DNA of 64,000 bases from an uncultured Micavibrio sp. (lineage in GTDB: Bacteria; Pseudomonadota; Alphaproteobacteria; Micavibrionales; UBA2020). Position numbers and translations under genes: made by a program. The notes beneath the pieces were generated by a model. That model did no database searches, was not told where the DNA came from, and saw only the letters and a program-made list of their open reading frames with translations. Where the stretch lies: contig CAZHOE010000003.1 in assembly GCA_964534445.1 (NCBI GenBank), positions 1,201 to 65,200 of the forward strand. The letters are read 5' to 3'. Positions within the stretch are counted from its first letter, which is position 1. Each line of letters opens with the position of its first letter. This document shows, piece after piece, positions 1 through 9,558 of the stretch.

Positions 1-5
1 GCAGG

Positions 6-404
6 ATGAGCGCAAAAGAAAAAAATATCCTGAAGGGTAACTTCAACGCCGCCCAGCAAAAAGGCCAGATCTATGCCGAAAAGGCGCTGGTCGCCACCAT
101 CGGCTTCAGCGATGCGGCGCCGAAAGATACGGCGAAGGCCTTCCTGCTGTTTTTGAAAAACAAACGTATTCCGCATGACGTGCTGCTGGTATCCGCCGGC
201 TCTGTCACCTTCGCCACCACGCGCGACCCCGGTGTCGATACTGACAACGCCAAAACCCGCGCCAAAATGGCAGAGTTTTTCAAAGGCAAATACGAGAGCG
301 CCTTCGGCATGGAAGGCTATTACCAGGCCAACCTCAAAGACAACGAAAAAATCATCCCCTTCCACCGCGTGAAGCGCAGCGTAGCGAAGAAGTTTGCGGC
401 TTAA
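6..404 (+). CDS. hypothetical protein (132 aa)
   Basis: Intact ORF with ATG at 6. Coding-like composition, no motif recognised. Its end overlaps the convergent gene by 4 nt. Confidence 0.4.
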   Translation: MSAKEKNILKGNFNAAQQKGQIYAEKALVATIGFSDAAPKDTAKAFLLFLKNKRIPHDVLLVSAGSVTFATTRDPGVDTDNAKTRAKMAEFFKGKYESAFGMEGYYQANLKDNEKIIPFHRVKRSVAKKFAA

Positions 405-1789
405 GGGAAATAAATCCACTTAAAAAGCGCTTTTTGTGCAAACGGGAACGCTAGGCAGAAAAGGCCGGCGAGACCGTATATTTTTGCGTATCTAAAAGCG
501 TATTTTTCAGGATCATCTGGCGATTTCTTTTGCGTTTGTTTAATGAAACTATAGGTTACAACGGCAAAACAAATGGTCAGGATGCTTGTTGCCATGCTGG
601 TAGCCATGAGGTTGAAAGAGGGGCGGAAGATTGCAGTAATAAGGACAAATGGCGTGACAATCACGGTTGGCCATGTTGCGGCCAGAGCGATAAACCATTT
701 GTATTGCGTTTTCGTTTTTGATCGTACTCTTCTCATGAACCTAAAAGTGCTGACGAATAGCCAAACGTTTAAAAGGTTTATGGCCAGAAACCCGCCAATA
801 AACGATGCCCAGCCGGCATAGTTACGCGCAGATAAGTATGTGTTGTGGAATGGATCTCTGGCGTTTTTACGCTTATGAGGCGTCGGCTCTGGTGCCTTCA
901 TTTGCTCGATTTGGGCAAGTAAATAGGGATTTTTACCTGCATCAGCCGCTTTTTGCGCCCAGTGCTTTGCGTGCTCTAGGTTAATATTTTCTTTCCAGCC
1001 TTCACTTTCACGGCTCTTTCTTTCAAGTTCCTTTTCTAGACCGCTGTATAATTCGGCAAGTTCTGTATAGGCGTCAGTACTACCCTGCCGAGCAGCTTCT
1101 TTGTACCAGTCTCGCGCTTTAAAATAGTTTTGTTCCGTGTATGCAGTATTACTGCCGAAGAAGCGTTTTGTCCGTGGCGCTTCATAAACTTTTCCCAGCC
1201 AGAGTTGTGATTCAATAACGCCTGCGTTCGCTTTTACAGTGTGATACTGAAAATAAACTTGTGGATAAAAAGTGTATGCGGATTTGAGGAAAAATAATGT
1301 ACCGACAATAAGCCACAGGCGTTTGCGCGTAGCCCAACGCAGTAAGAAGGGCCGTGGCAGATCTGTCATATAGGTGTAGATACCATAGATGATATAATTG
1401 GCACTAAACCAGATGATGGATACCATGCTCCATAAGTATAATTCGTTTTTTATACTAATAGATACCATGCCGTGATATTTGAGGACGTCAAACGTCATAT
1501 ATAGATAAAATAATAGGGCAGGTGCACAGGCGAAAAATAAAAATATATGCTGTTGCTGACGAAGATTGGCTTCTTGTTGGTATAGGGAAGTAAAGTAGGC
1601 GCAAACTGCAGCAATAATGGGTAGGGGAAAAAACCATTGAGTTATATATGCAAAGCCGCTTCGGGCTACCACAATATTTTCGGCATAAGCCATTTGTGGC
1701 AACAGCAGCAGCAAAATGAAAAAAACTAATGCGGTTATGAGCCGCGCAGTTTTGAGGTGGTGGTTTAAAATCTGTGCCGTACCGGTCAT
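401..1789 (-). CDS. polytopic membrane protein with embedded Sel1/TPR-like repeats
   Basis: Hydrophobic helices at both the N- and C-terminal thirds. The central soluble part carries Sel1-like repeats (KARDWYKEAARQGSTDAYTELAELY; AKHWAQKAADAGKNPYLLAQI). Confidence 0.6.
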   Translation of the reverse strand: MTGTAQILNHHLKTARLITALVFFILLLLLPQMAYAENIVVARSGFAYITQWFFPLPIIAAVCAYFTSLYQQEANLRQQQHIFLFFACAPALLFYLYMTFDVLKYHGMVSISIKNELYLWSMVSIIWFSANYIIYGIYTYMTDLPRPFLLRWATRKRLWLIVGTLFFLKSAYTFYPQVYFQYHTVKANAGVIESQLWLGKVYEAPRTKRFFGSNTAYTEQNYFKARDWYKEAARQGSTDAYTELAELYSGLEKELERKSRESEGWKENINLEHAKHWAQKAADAGKNPYLLAQIEQMKAPEPTPHKRKNARDPFHNTYLSARNYAGWASFIGGFLAINLLNVWLFVSTFRFMRRVRSKTKTQYKWFIALAATWPTVIVTPFVLITAIFRPSFNLMATSMATSILTICFAVVTYSFIKQTQKKSPDDPEKYAFRYAKIYGLAGLFCLAFPFAQKALFKWIYFP

Positions 1790-1862
1790 TGAAACTCCGG
1801 TTTTATATTTTTGTTATCTTACCATTGTACCCGAAAACGCCGTACCTCACGGGCACAAAAAG

Positions 1863-1890
1863 AAAAGCCGTTTAAAAACAAACGGCTTTT
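1863..1890 (-). terminator. rho-independent terminator downstream of the HD-domain gene
   Basis: Hairpin AAAAGCCGTTT/AAACGGCTTTT with a 6-nt loop, flanked by T/A runs. It lies between the end of the 1924-2520 gene and the start of the 401-1789 gene. Confidence 0.6.
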
Positions 1891-1923
1891 CTGCATCTCA
1901 ACATATATGTGGAAGAACGGCTC

Positions 1924-2520
1924 TTACGCCACCGCCCGCTCTTGCAGTACGGCCAGCAATTCTTCGAACCTGCCCAAGTACTCTTGCTTGGCGGCGTTGG
2001 CGGAGAGGGGTTCGATTGTCCAGTCCTGCATGGTCATCGGCGGCGGGCCGAAGATTTTGCAGCTTTCGTCGTGATCGAAACCGGCGATCTGTGTGGCCTC
2101 CAGATAGGCGGAGATTTTATCCGCGCGCTTGATGAATTTTTTGAGCTGCGGGGAGATCACCGCGGGCAGGCCAAAGCGGATATGTACCGCTTGCATGAGT
2201 TTATCTTCAAAGGCGCGGTAATCTACGCCCAGCGCGTTTTTGAAAGGCGAGATCATATCGCCCACCACGTATTCGGATGCATCGTGCAACAGGGCGGCCA
2301 TCAACCATTGCGGGTCGACATCGGGCTGCAGCTTGAAGGCGATTTTTTCGACCAGCACGGAATGCTGCGCGACGGAAAAGGCATGATCGCCTGTCGTCTG
2401 GCCGTTCCAGCGGGAGACTCTGGAAAGTCCGTGGGCGATGTCTTCGATTTCAATGTCCATGGCGGAGGGGTTGATGAGATCCAACCGGCGGCCGCTTAAC
2501 ATACGTTGCCATGCGCGCAT
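1924..2520 (-). CDS. HD-domain phosphohydrolase (YfbR-like 5'-nucleotidase family)
   Basis: H...HD...D metal-binding pattern: SVAQHSVLV, LLHDASEYVVGDM. About 198 aa, typical for this family. Confidence 0.7.
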   Translation of the reverse strand: MRAWQRMLSGRRLDLINPSAMDIEIEDIAHGLSRVSRWNGQTTGDHAFSVAQHSVLVEKIAFKLQPDVDPQWLMAALLHDASEYVVGDMISPFKNALGVDYRAFEDKLMQAVHIRFGLPAVISPQLKKFIKRADKISAYLEATQIAGFDHDESCKIFGPPPMTMQDWTIEPLSANAAKQEYLGRFEELLAVLQERAVA

Positions 2521-2773
2521 CGGGGGTGTGCTCCTTTCGGTATGTTTTTATTGTTCTTTTTACGACCGACTCTTACCGACCTCATCCCGCTTGTCAGCCC
2601 CTGCACAGCATGATAAACATAAGCTTATCAAGGCTTTTGCATGTCCGGGCAGATTCTCGCGGTTGTGAGATTATTTTAATCCACAAGGCGGGATTTGCCT
2701 AGAATAAAGGCGCAATGCGCCGGAATAATTGTCAAAGGCAACTGTTTTTAGGCATTTCGAAAGGTACAGTATC

Positions 2774-3247
2774 GTGGCAGGCAGCGTAAACAAGGTCATT
2801 CTCGTCGGTAATCTGGGTCGTGATCCCGAGGTGCGGTCTTTCCCCAACGGCGGGCGCGTGGCGAATTTTTCAATCGCAACCTCCGAGAGCTGGAAAGACA
2901 AAGCCACCGGCGAGCGTAAAGAGCGCACCGAATGGCACCGTATTTCCGTTCTGAACGATGCGCTGGTCGGCGTGGTCGAGCGCTTCTTGAAAAAAGGCTC
3001 CAAGGTTTATATCGAAGGCCAGCTGGAAACCCGCAAGTACGAAAAAGACGGCCGTGAAACGTACACGACCGAAGTCGTCCTGCGCCCCTATCGCGGCGAG
3101 CTGACCATGCTCGATGGTCGCAGCGGCGGCGGCAGCAATGATATGTCGTCCGACTACAGCGAGCCGCAAGCGGCGGCGGGTGGCGCATCGGGCGGTTCTT
3201 TCGCGGCCTCCTCCAATAACGACATGGACGACGAAATCCCGTTCTAA
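2774..3247 (+). CDS. ssb: single-stranded DNA-binding protein
   Basis: N-terminus [17 protein letters not shown], a Gly/Ala-rich linker and the acidic tail [11 protein letters not shown] at 2774 preceded by GAAAGG is preferred over the upstream ATG at 2729. Confidence 0.92.
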   Translation: MAGSVNKVILVGNLGRDPEVRSFPNGGRVANFSIATSESWKDKATGERKERTEWHRISVLNDALVGVVERFLKKGSKVYIEGQLETRKYEKDGRETYTTEVVLRPYRGELTMLDGRSGGGSNDMSSDYSEPQAAAGGASGGSFAASSNNDMDDEIPF

Positions 3248-3276
3248 ATCTCCGGCGTTGCTGAAAAGGATATCCC

Positions 3277-3927
3277 GTGGCGATCCCCTTTGCCGCCCTG
3301 ACGCGTAAAGCCCTGGTGCCGCTGATCGTTGTCTGCCTGATCGCGGCGCTGGGTAGTGCGGGAATGATATTGTTTACGGGCGCATGGTATCCGCTCTGGC
3401 CGCCGGTTTTGGCGGTCATGCTCTCGCCGCTGGTTTTTCCGATCTTGCTCATCCCTGCCGGTTTTTTTTCAGGCGTGATGCGCGTCGCGCAAGCTGTTTA
3501 TCCGAATGTGGCGCGTATCTGCATCTTGCTGACCTTCGGCTGGTTTATCAGCTTGCTGAGCTTTTATGCGTTTTTGGTGATGCTTCTCAGTCAATCTCTA
3601 ATGCTGCCGGGGGAGGTAACGCGCCTACCGGCATTGGTCTGGACGATCGCCATCGCCGTTTTGCCCTGGGCGATTTTTGCCACGCGGGACCGCGAAAACA
3701 TTTTATTTACCGGTATGGTTTTTATGATGCTGGCGGCGGCAACGATCAGCATATCACTGGTCTTTTTCCTTATCGTACCGTTCTGGGCGGGCTACTGGAT
3801 TTGCTGCGGGCTGATGGCGGTGATGTTGTCTTTGCAGGCGCTGTATGAGCATTTCTTCATCAAAATTCCGGCGACGGATAACGCTGCACCCGCTGCATCT
3901 CCGCCTGCCGCGCCTTCCGAAGATTGA
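3277..3927 (+). CDS. hypothetical integral membrane protein
   Basis: GTG start with AAAGGA 6 nt upstream. About 6 hydrophobic helices and a Pro/Ala-rich tail. No family recognised. Confidence 0.5.
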   Translation: MAIPFAALTRKALVPLIVVCLIAALGSAGMILFTGAWYPLWPPVLAVMLSPLVFPILLIPAGFFSGVMRVAQAVYPNVARICILLTFGWFISLLSFYAFLVMLLSQSLMLPGEVTRLPALVWTIAIAVLPWAIFATRDRENILFTGMVFMMLAAATISISLVFFLIVPFWAGYWICCGLMAVMLSLQALYEHFFIKIPATDNAAPAASPPAAPSED

Positions 3928-5352
3928 TTATTTTTTCAAAATTTCTGTGCCTGTCACATCGGCATCCGCTGTGCCGTCTTTCAAGCGTAGCTTGACCGCA
4001 TCGCCTTTGGCAAGGGCGGTGGTGGTGGAAACGATATGGCCTTTGGCATCGTAGACAACGCTATAGCCGCGCTCCAATACACGCTCGAATGACAGGCTGT
4101 CCAGAAGCGATGACAAGTTTTGCAGCTTGTTGGTACGATCAGCCAGAATTTTTTGTTCGGTATTTTTCAACCGCTCGCCATGCGTGCCAAGCAACCGTGC
4201 GGCATCTGTCAGTCGCTGCAACAGGGCGCGGGCAGAAATACGGGCGGCCAGTTCCGCCACAGCGCTTTTGCGTTTATCCAGCCAGCTTTGCAACCCGCCA
4301 TCGAGTTTGCTGGCCAGATGGTCGAGCCTTTGCAGCCCGTTTTCCAGTAAGCGGCGCGGATCACCCAGACCACGTCCCAGACCTGTTAAATGAGTCTGGT
4401 GCTGTTGGAGGCGGCGCTGCAAAGACATGAAAAGACGTTTTTCATCATCCAGCAATCCCGCCATGATTTCGGCGCGCACCGGCACGGCCTTTTCGGCGGC
4501 GGCCGTGGGCGTGGGGGCACGCAGATCTGCTGCATAATCAATCAGCGTTGTATCGGTTTCATGCCCGACGGCGGAGATCAGCGGAATCTCGCTGGCGGCA
4601 GCGGCGCGCACCAGCGCTTCGTCGTTAAACGGCATCAGATCTTCCAGCGATCCGCCGCCGCGGGCTACAATAATCACATCAGGCCGCAGCGGGGAGCCTT
4701 TCGGAATCGCGTTGAAGCCTTCAATACCCTGAATGACCTGTTGCGCGGCGCCGTGCCCTTGCACCATCACGGGCCAGAGCAGCACGCGGCGCGGAAACCG
4801 CTCGTTCAAACGATGCATGATATCGCGGATGACCGCGCCCGTGGGCGATGTCACGACGCCGATCACATCGGGAAGGTACGGAATGGGACGTTTTCTTTCC
4901 GCCGCGAAAAGCCCTTCGGCGGCGAGTTTCTTTTTACGCTCCTCCAGCATTTTCAAAAGCGCGCCTTGGCCTGCCAGCTCCATGGTTTCAATGATCATCT
5001 GGTAGTTCGATCTGCCGGGATAGGTGGTGAGACGGCCTGTGCAAACGACTTCCATACCTTCTTCGGGCTTGATGTCCAGACGGCTGACTGTACCCTTCCA
5101 GCACACGGCATCCAGCACGGCGCTGTCATCCTTGAGCGACGTATACATATGGCCGGATTTGGCAACGGTCACGCGAGAAATTTCACCGCGCACGCGCACA
5201 AAAGAAAATTCCTCCTCCACCGTGCGTTTCAGCTTATGGCTGATTTCACTGACGCTGTATTCTGGCGGCGCATTGGCAATCGGCGCTTCATCATCGGGTG
5301 CGGGTGGCAGGCCGAAGGGATCGTCGATGTCGAAAAGGTCGTTACCGCTCAT
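3928..5352 (-). CDS. xseA: exodeoxyribonuclease VII large subunit
   Basis: Full-length resemblance to XseA: N-terminal OB-fold region (VRVRGEISRVTVAKSGHMYTSLKD), catalytic core (GVVTSPTGAVIRDI, IIVARGGGSLEDL) and a C-terminal coiled coil. Confidence 0.9.
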   Translation of the reverse strand: MSGNDLFDIDDPFGLPPAPDDEAPIANAPPEYSVSEISHKLKRTVEEEFSFVRVRGEISRVTVAKSGHMYTSLKDDSAVLDAVCWKGTVSRLDIKPEEGMEVVCTGRLTTYPGRSNYQMIIETMELAGQGALLKMLEERKKKLAAEGLFAAERKRPIPYLPDVIGVVTSPTGAVIRDIMHRLNERFPRRVLLWPVMVQGHGAAQQVIQGIEGFNAIPKGSPLRPDVIIVARGGGSLEDLMPFNDEALVRAAAASEIPLISAVGHETDTTLIDYAADLRAPTPTAAAEKAVPVRAEIMAGLLDDEKRLFMSLQRRLQQHQTHLTGLGRGLGDPRRLLENGLQRLDHLASKLDGGLQSWLDKRKSAVAELAARISARALLQRLTDAARLLGTHGERLKNTEQKILADRTNKLQNLSSLLDSLSFERVLERGYSVVYDAKGHIVSTTTALAKGDAVKLRLKDGTADADVTGTEILKK

Positions 5353-5355
5353 GTT

Positions 5356-5820
5356 CTAGTCTCTTTTCGCTTTAAAAAAGTTTTTCAGGATATCCGCACA
5401 GGCTTGCTCTTGTATGCCGCCGTAAACTTCCGGCGCATGATGACAGGTCGGCTGCGTATAAATACGCGGGCCGTGTTCCACGCCGCCGCCCTTGGGGTCA
5501 TAGGCGCCAAAATAAAGGCGGCGGATGCGGGCAAAGGAAATGGCGGTCGCACACATGGGGCAGGGCTCCAGCGTCACATACAAATCGCAATCGACCAGCC
5601 GCGCCGTGCCGAAATGTTTACCGCCTGCCTGCAGTACGGCAATTTCAGCATGGCCGGCGGGGTCATGGGCCTGTTCGGTGCGGTTGCCGGCGGCGGCGAT
5701 GATATCACCGCTCGGCCCATGCACCAGCACGGCGCCGATGGGCACCTCGCCTTGGCGGGCGGCGTCATGGGCAGCTTCGATGGCGCGCTGCATGTATTTG
5801 TTTTCGTTTTGCACAGGCAT
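5356..5820 (-). CDS. tadA: tRNA adenosine(34) deaminase
   Basis: CMP/dCMP deaminase zinc motifs HAEIAVL and PCPMCATAI. About 150 aa. Confidence 0.85.
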   Translation of the reverse strand: MPVQNENKYMQRAIEAAHDAARQGEVPIGAVLVHGPSGDIIAAAGNRTEQAHDPAGHAEIAVLQAGGKHFGTARLVDCDLYVTLEPCPMCATAISFARIRRLYFGAYDPKGGGVEHGPRIYTQPTCHHAPEVYGGIQEQACADILKNFFKAKRD

Positions 5821-5837
5821 CGTTATAAACTAGCAGA

Positions 5838-6632
5838 ATGACAGACGCAGATCAAAAGCCGGAAAGCCCTAATACGGGCATAAAAACAGGGGAACGCATC
5901 GCCAAATATCTGGCGCGGGCGGGCATATGCTCGCGCCGCGACGCCGAGCGGCTGATTGCCGAAGGGCGGGTGACCCTGAACGGCGAAACCCTAGAAAGCC
6001 CCGCTATCAACGTCACAACGGCAGATGAGATTACGGTAGACGGCGCGCCCGTCGGGCAAAAAGAGCCGTCGCGCCTCTGGCGTTACCATAAACCATCCGG
6101 CCTTGTAACCAGCCATAAGGATGAACAGGGGCGTCATACGCTTTTCGATCACCTGCCCGACTACCTGCCGCGCGTCATTTCCGTCGGACGGCTGGATTTG
6201 AATAGTGAAGGGCTGCTGCTGCTGACCAATGACGGCAGCCTTGCGCGGCATCTGGAACTGCCCGCCACCGGCTGGACGCGCAAATACCGGGTACGAGCTT
6301 TTGGCCGGATTGATCAAAAACGCCTCGACCGCCTAGAAAAAGGAATTACGATCGATGGCGTGCAGTATGGTGCGATCACCGCCGTGCTGGATACAGAAAA
6401 AACCGACGGCAGGCAGGGCGTGACCAACCATTGGCTGGATATGACGTTGCGTGAAGGCAAAAACCGCGAAATTCGCAAAGTCCTCGGCCATTTGGGGCTG
6501 GAGGTCAATCGCCTGATCCGCCTGTCTTACGGCCCGTTTCATCTCAGCAGCCTGCAACCGGGGGAGGTGGAGGAAGTGCCGCACCATGCCCTGCACGCGG
6601 CACTGGGCGGCTATTTCAAAGAACAGAATTAA
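5838..6632 (+). CDS. rRNA pseudouridine synthase, RsuA/RluB family
   Basis: N-terminal S4 domain (IAKYLARAGICSRRDAERLI) and catalytic motif GRLDLNSEGLLLLTNDG. Confidence 0.8.
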   Translation: MTDADQKPESPNTGIKTGERIAKYLARAGICSRRDAERLIAEGRVTLNGETLESPAINVTTADEITVDGAPVGQKEPSRLWRYHKPSGLVTSHKDEQGRHTLFDHLPDYLPRVISVGRLDLNSEGLLLLTNDGSLARHLELPATGWTRKYRVRAFGRIDQKRLDRLEKGITIDGVQYGAITAVLDTEKTDGRQGVTNHWLDMTLREGKNREIRKVLGHLGLEVNRLIRLSYGPFHLSSLQPGEVEEVPHHALHAALGGYFKEQN

Positions 6633-6640
6633 CGGACGGC

Positions 6641-6712
6641 TTTATTAAAGATTTTCCGGCGAGGCTTTTATAAATCGTCAGGCGAAGCCTTTATAAATCA
6701 TCCGGTGAAGCC
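6641..6712. repeat. three tandem ~23-25-bp copies of the antiporter gene 3' end, each including a stop codon
   Basis: Plus strand: TTTATTAAAGATTTTCCGGCGAGGC / TTTTATAAATCGTCAGGCGAAGCC / TTTATAAATCATCCGGTGAAGCC. On the minus strand these read ASPDDL*, ASPDDL*, ASPENL*. Confidence 0.8.
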
Positions 6713-7908
6713 TGAGGCATATGGCCGATGAGACGCTTCAGCGCGATATTGTGCAGGCGGCGCGCAATCGCCAGCCACATCGGACTGATCAACAGGCTGA
6801 GCGCAATGACAGCGATCATCAAACGATAGCTATCATCCGAAATGGCGCTGACGGCAAGGCCGGTAGCCGCGATGATAAACGAAAATTCCCCGACCTGTCC
6901 CATGACAACACCACTGTGGAAAGCACGCTCCCACGGCTCGCCAAGCCAGTGCAGAATGGCCACATTGGCAACGGTTTTGAGGAAGGTGACAATTAACAAG
7001 ACCAGCAAAACCAGTTTCCAGTTTTCCATGATGTAATTAATGTCGATCAAAAGCCCGATGGACAGGAAGAAAACCATCAGTAAAATCGCCTGAATGGGCT
7101 CTGCTGCTTTATGCACAACTTCGCGGATGCTGGAATTGCCGATAATCAGGCCGGCAATGAAGGCACCGTAAGCGGCGGAAAGTCCGGCCACACCTGATAG
7201 CGTCGCCCAGCTGAAACAAAAGGCCAGTGCCACCAGCGGCACGATTTCATGGCGGGAAATGATCCAGTTTGAAAAGGGTAATTCGATTTTCTCGCGGCGG
7301 GACAAAAACCAGCTGACGACCAGCAACAAGCTGACGGCAAGCGCCAACTTGAGGGCGATGGCACGCCCCGCAACTTCCGCGCCGCCCGTGGCGGCAAAGG
7401 CACTGATGATCAGCAGCATCGGGATAACGACCAGATCCTGCGCGATCAGGGTGGATACCGTGGTACGGCCGACAGGGGTTTTCAAATCATCCGTCTCTTC
7501 CAAAATTTTGATGGAAACGGCGGTGGAGGAGAGCGCGGTGGCAAAGCAAAAGACCGTAACCTGCTCCATCGGCCATTTCAGGAACCAGCCGAGGACATAG
7601 AAAACGCCAAAGGCGACGGCAATCTGCAGGGCAACGGTGGCAAGGGCGGTTTTGTAAACGGCCTTGAAACTGCGCAAATTCAGCTCCATCCCGATCAGGA
7701 ACAGCAGCATGATCACGCCCAATTCGGCCAAAAGCTGCACGGTTTCGGTTGTTTCAATGAATTTGAAGCCCGTCGGACCCAGCACGATACCCGCGACGAT
7801 ATACCCGACAATGGCCGGCTGGCGCAGGCGTATCAACGTCAGCCCGCAAAGCAAGGCGACGGTTGTCACCAAGGCGATTGCTGTCAGCTGGTCGATATGT
7901 GCTTCCAT
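6691..7908 (-). CDS. cation:proton antiporter (CPA2/Kef-like membrane domain, no KTN domain)
   Basis: About 12 TM helices with Na+/H+ exchanger-like segments (IVGYIVAGIVLGP, LFLIGMEL). Confidence 0.8.
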   Translation of the reverse strand: MEAHIDQLTAIALVTTVALLCGLTLIRLRQPAIVGYIVAGIVLGPTGFKFIETTETVQLLAELGVIMLLFLIGMELNLRSFKAVYKTALATVALQIAVAFGVFYVLGWFLKWPMEQVTVFCFATALSSTAVSIKILEETDDLKTPVGRTTVSTLIAQDLVVIPMLLIISAFAATGGAEVAGRAIALKLALAVSLLLVVSWFLSRREKIELPFSNWIISRHEIVPLVALAFCFSWATLSGVAGLSAAYGAFIAGLIIGNSSIREVVHKAAEPIQAILLMVFFLSIGLLIDINYIMENWKLVLLVLLIVTFLKTVANVAILHWLGEPWERAFHSGVVMGQVGEFSFIIAATGLAVSAISDDSYRLMIAVIALSLLISPMWLAIARRLHNIALKRLIGHMPQASPDDL

Positions 7909-7962
7909 AGTCCTTCCCGGATTTGGCGGATATTATTCTGGGGCGTATCAGGCGGCGGCCTG

Positions 7963-7998
7963 AAAAAACAGGCGCCTGACTTAATATAGTCAGGCGCC
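7963..7998 (-). terminator. bidirectional rho-independent terminator after the lipoprotein gene
   Basis: Perfect 10-bp stem GGCGCCTGAC/GTCAGGCGCC with an 8-nt loop, an A6 run before it and a T6 run after it. Confidence 0.7.
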
Positions 7999-8065
7999 AG
8001 CGTTTTTTGTAGAAAATAATTGTTTCTAATTGTTTCTACGGATTATCGCGGTACCCGCAAAGCGC

Positions 8066-9223
8066 TTATTGCAGGTAAATATGCACTTCGCTGTTGCGTA
8101 CGCCCGCGCTGTTGGCGGCGTTGAGGCGTACACGTTCTACCGGCAGACCCATATGGGTGAGGGAGCGCAGCACAGCCTCGCCGTTTTTACGTGCCTCGGT
8201 GGAGGCCAGTGCGATCTCTGCGGGGTTGCCTTGCGACGGGCTGACCGCGACAAGGTCAAAATTGGCAGCCGGGTAACGCTCCAGCGCCGCACCAACGGCG
8301 GTGTAGAGCGCCTGCTCGTAGCTTACATTCGGACGGTCAAAGCGGATGATGACCAGCGGACGGCGGTTGGTCGTTGCGGGGGCGGCAGCATTGTTGCCAT
8401 AGACGTCTTCTGCTTCAGCGGCGGCTTTCTTAAACAGGCTGTTGGACAGGTTCTGGCCGTACAGCTCGCCGTTGGCAACAGCCAGCGACAGGGTCTGCAT
8501 GTTCAGCTTTTCCGTGCGCAGGTATGCCTGACGGCGGTTGATTTCGTCGCTGACGTTGGTCAGCAGGCGGTTCAGGGTGACGATCGTCTGGTTTACTTCG
8601 TCTTCCAGCACACGCAGCTTTTCGTGGTCTTCCTTCACGGCACCGGAAAGGCCATAGGCACCGCGCACGTTTTCCTGCAGATAGCCCGCTTTGGAAGCTT
8701 CGTTGGACAGGTCAGCCGCCAGACCGTTCAGCATGGCCGCGTTTTGTGACAGGCCTTCCAGCTTGTCCTGTGCCACGTTCCAGCGCTCGACCAGTACGGG
8801 GTTGCCGGGAGTGGAGCCGGCTTGCAATTCGGTGTTCATGGTAGCGACGAGTTCATAGTACTGCGCTGCGGCATTGTCGCTCTTGACCTGCAGACCGCGC
8901 AGGCGGTCACTGTATCCTTTGGCGGAACGTTTCAGCTCGTTCAGGTCGCCGTTGAGTTCTGCCACTTTGCGCGTGACCAGTGTTTCAACACGCTGGCTGG
9001 AAAGGCCGCGCAGGTTGCTGGTGGAAATATCCTTGTTCGACAAAACCGTATCGCGCGAACCGCGGCGATAAATCACTTCGGGCGGCGCTTCGTTCGTGAC
9101 GACCAGCCCCGGCATGCGGCCGTTGTCGGATGCCGAATATCCTGAATTGTTGGCTACGCAGCCGCTCAGTAAAACTGCCAGCGCCCCGGCGGAAAAAAAT
9201 GTGCGAATGGTCACGTGTGGCAA
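8066..9223 (-). CDS. coiled-coil lipoprotein with OmpA-like C-terminal region
   Basis: Lipobox LLSGC near the N-terminus. Probable TTG start with GAGGT 7 nt upstream. Long heptad-like middle section. The C-terminus (NSEVHIYLQ) is reminiscent of OmpA-family ends. Confidence 0.6.
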   Translation of the reverse strand: MPHVTIRTFFSAGALAVLLSGCVANNSGYSASDNGRMPGLVVTNEAPPEVIYRRGSRDTVLSNKDISTSNLRGLSSQRVETLVTRKVAELNGDLNELKRSAKGYSDRLRGLQVKSDNAAAQYYELVATMNTELQAGSTPGNPVLVERWNVAQDKLEGLSQNAAMLNGLAADLSNEASKAGYLQENVRGAYGLSGAVKEDHEKLRVLEDEVNQTIVTLNRLLTNVSDEINRRQAYLRTEKLNMQTLSLAVANGELYGQNLSNSLFKKAAAEAEDVYGNNAAAPATTNRRPLVIIRFDRPNVSYEQALYTAVGAALERYPAANFDLVAVSPSQGNPAEIALASTEARKNGEAVLRSLTHMGLPVERVRLNAANSAGVRNSEVHIYLQ

Positions 9224-9558
9224 GGCAATTACCTCGTTCTATAAAAACTTAAATGTCCGGATGGCCGGAAGGCTCAGGATCACTGTTCTTTTTAAACCAG
9301 ATTCCTGAATTCTTTCAATATTGAATCGCTTCTTTTGCCTTTTTTCCCCCTCCTGTGGCATCCCTGCGTCCTATATTTTGCCATAATGCCAAAAACAGCT
9401 GCGGCGGCTGGGGTTAAGTGGGGTGGGCAAGGGAGCCATAAAAATACCAAAAGATGCTTGCGCGCCCCCGCAGAATCTTATAGAAACCAGAAGTCCGGCT
9501 CCACCGTAATCGCTATACGCCGTGCCGGATCGCAACTTCAGGGGCTTTGCCCCCGTGC

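Noticed and set aside
2521-2773. SOS (LexA) box upstream of ssb
   Set aside because: Only an imperfect GTTC-N7-GACC was seen (GTTCTTTTTACGACC). It does not match the alphaproteobacterial GTTC-N7-GTTC direct repeat well enough to call.
2796-3452. 218-aa minus-strand ORF
   Set aside because: Antisense to ssb and to the start of the membrane-protein gene. Arg/Pro-rich shadow.
4390-5841. 483-aa plus-strand ORF
   Set aside because: It lies entirely antisense to xseA and tadA, which have clear family motifs. Its translation is Arg/Gly/His-rich low-complexity sequence, typical of a shadow ORF in GC-rich coding DNA.
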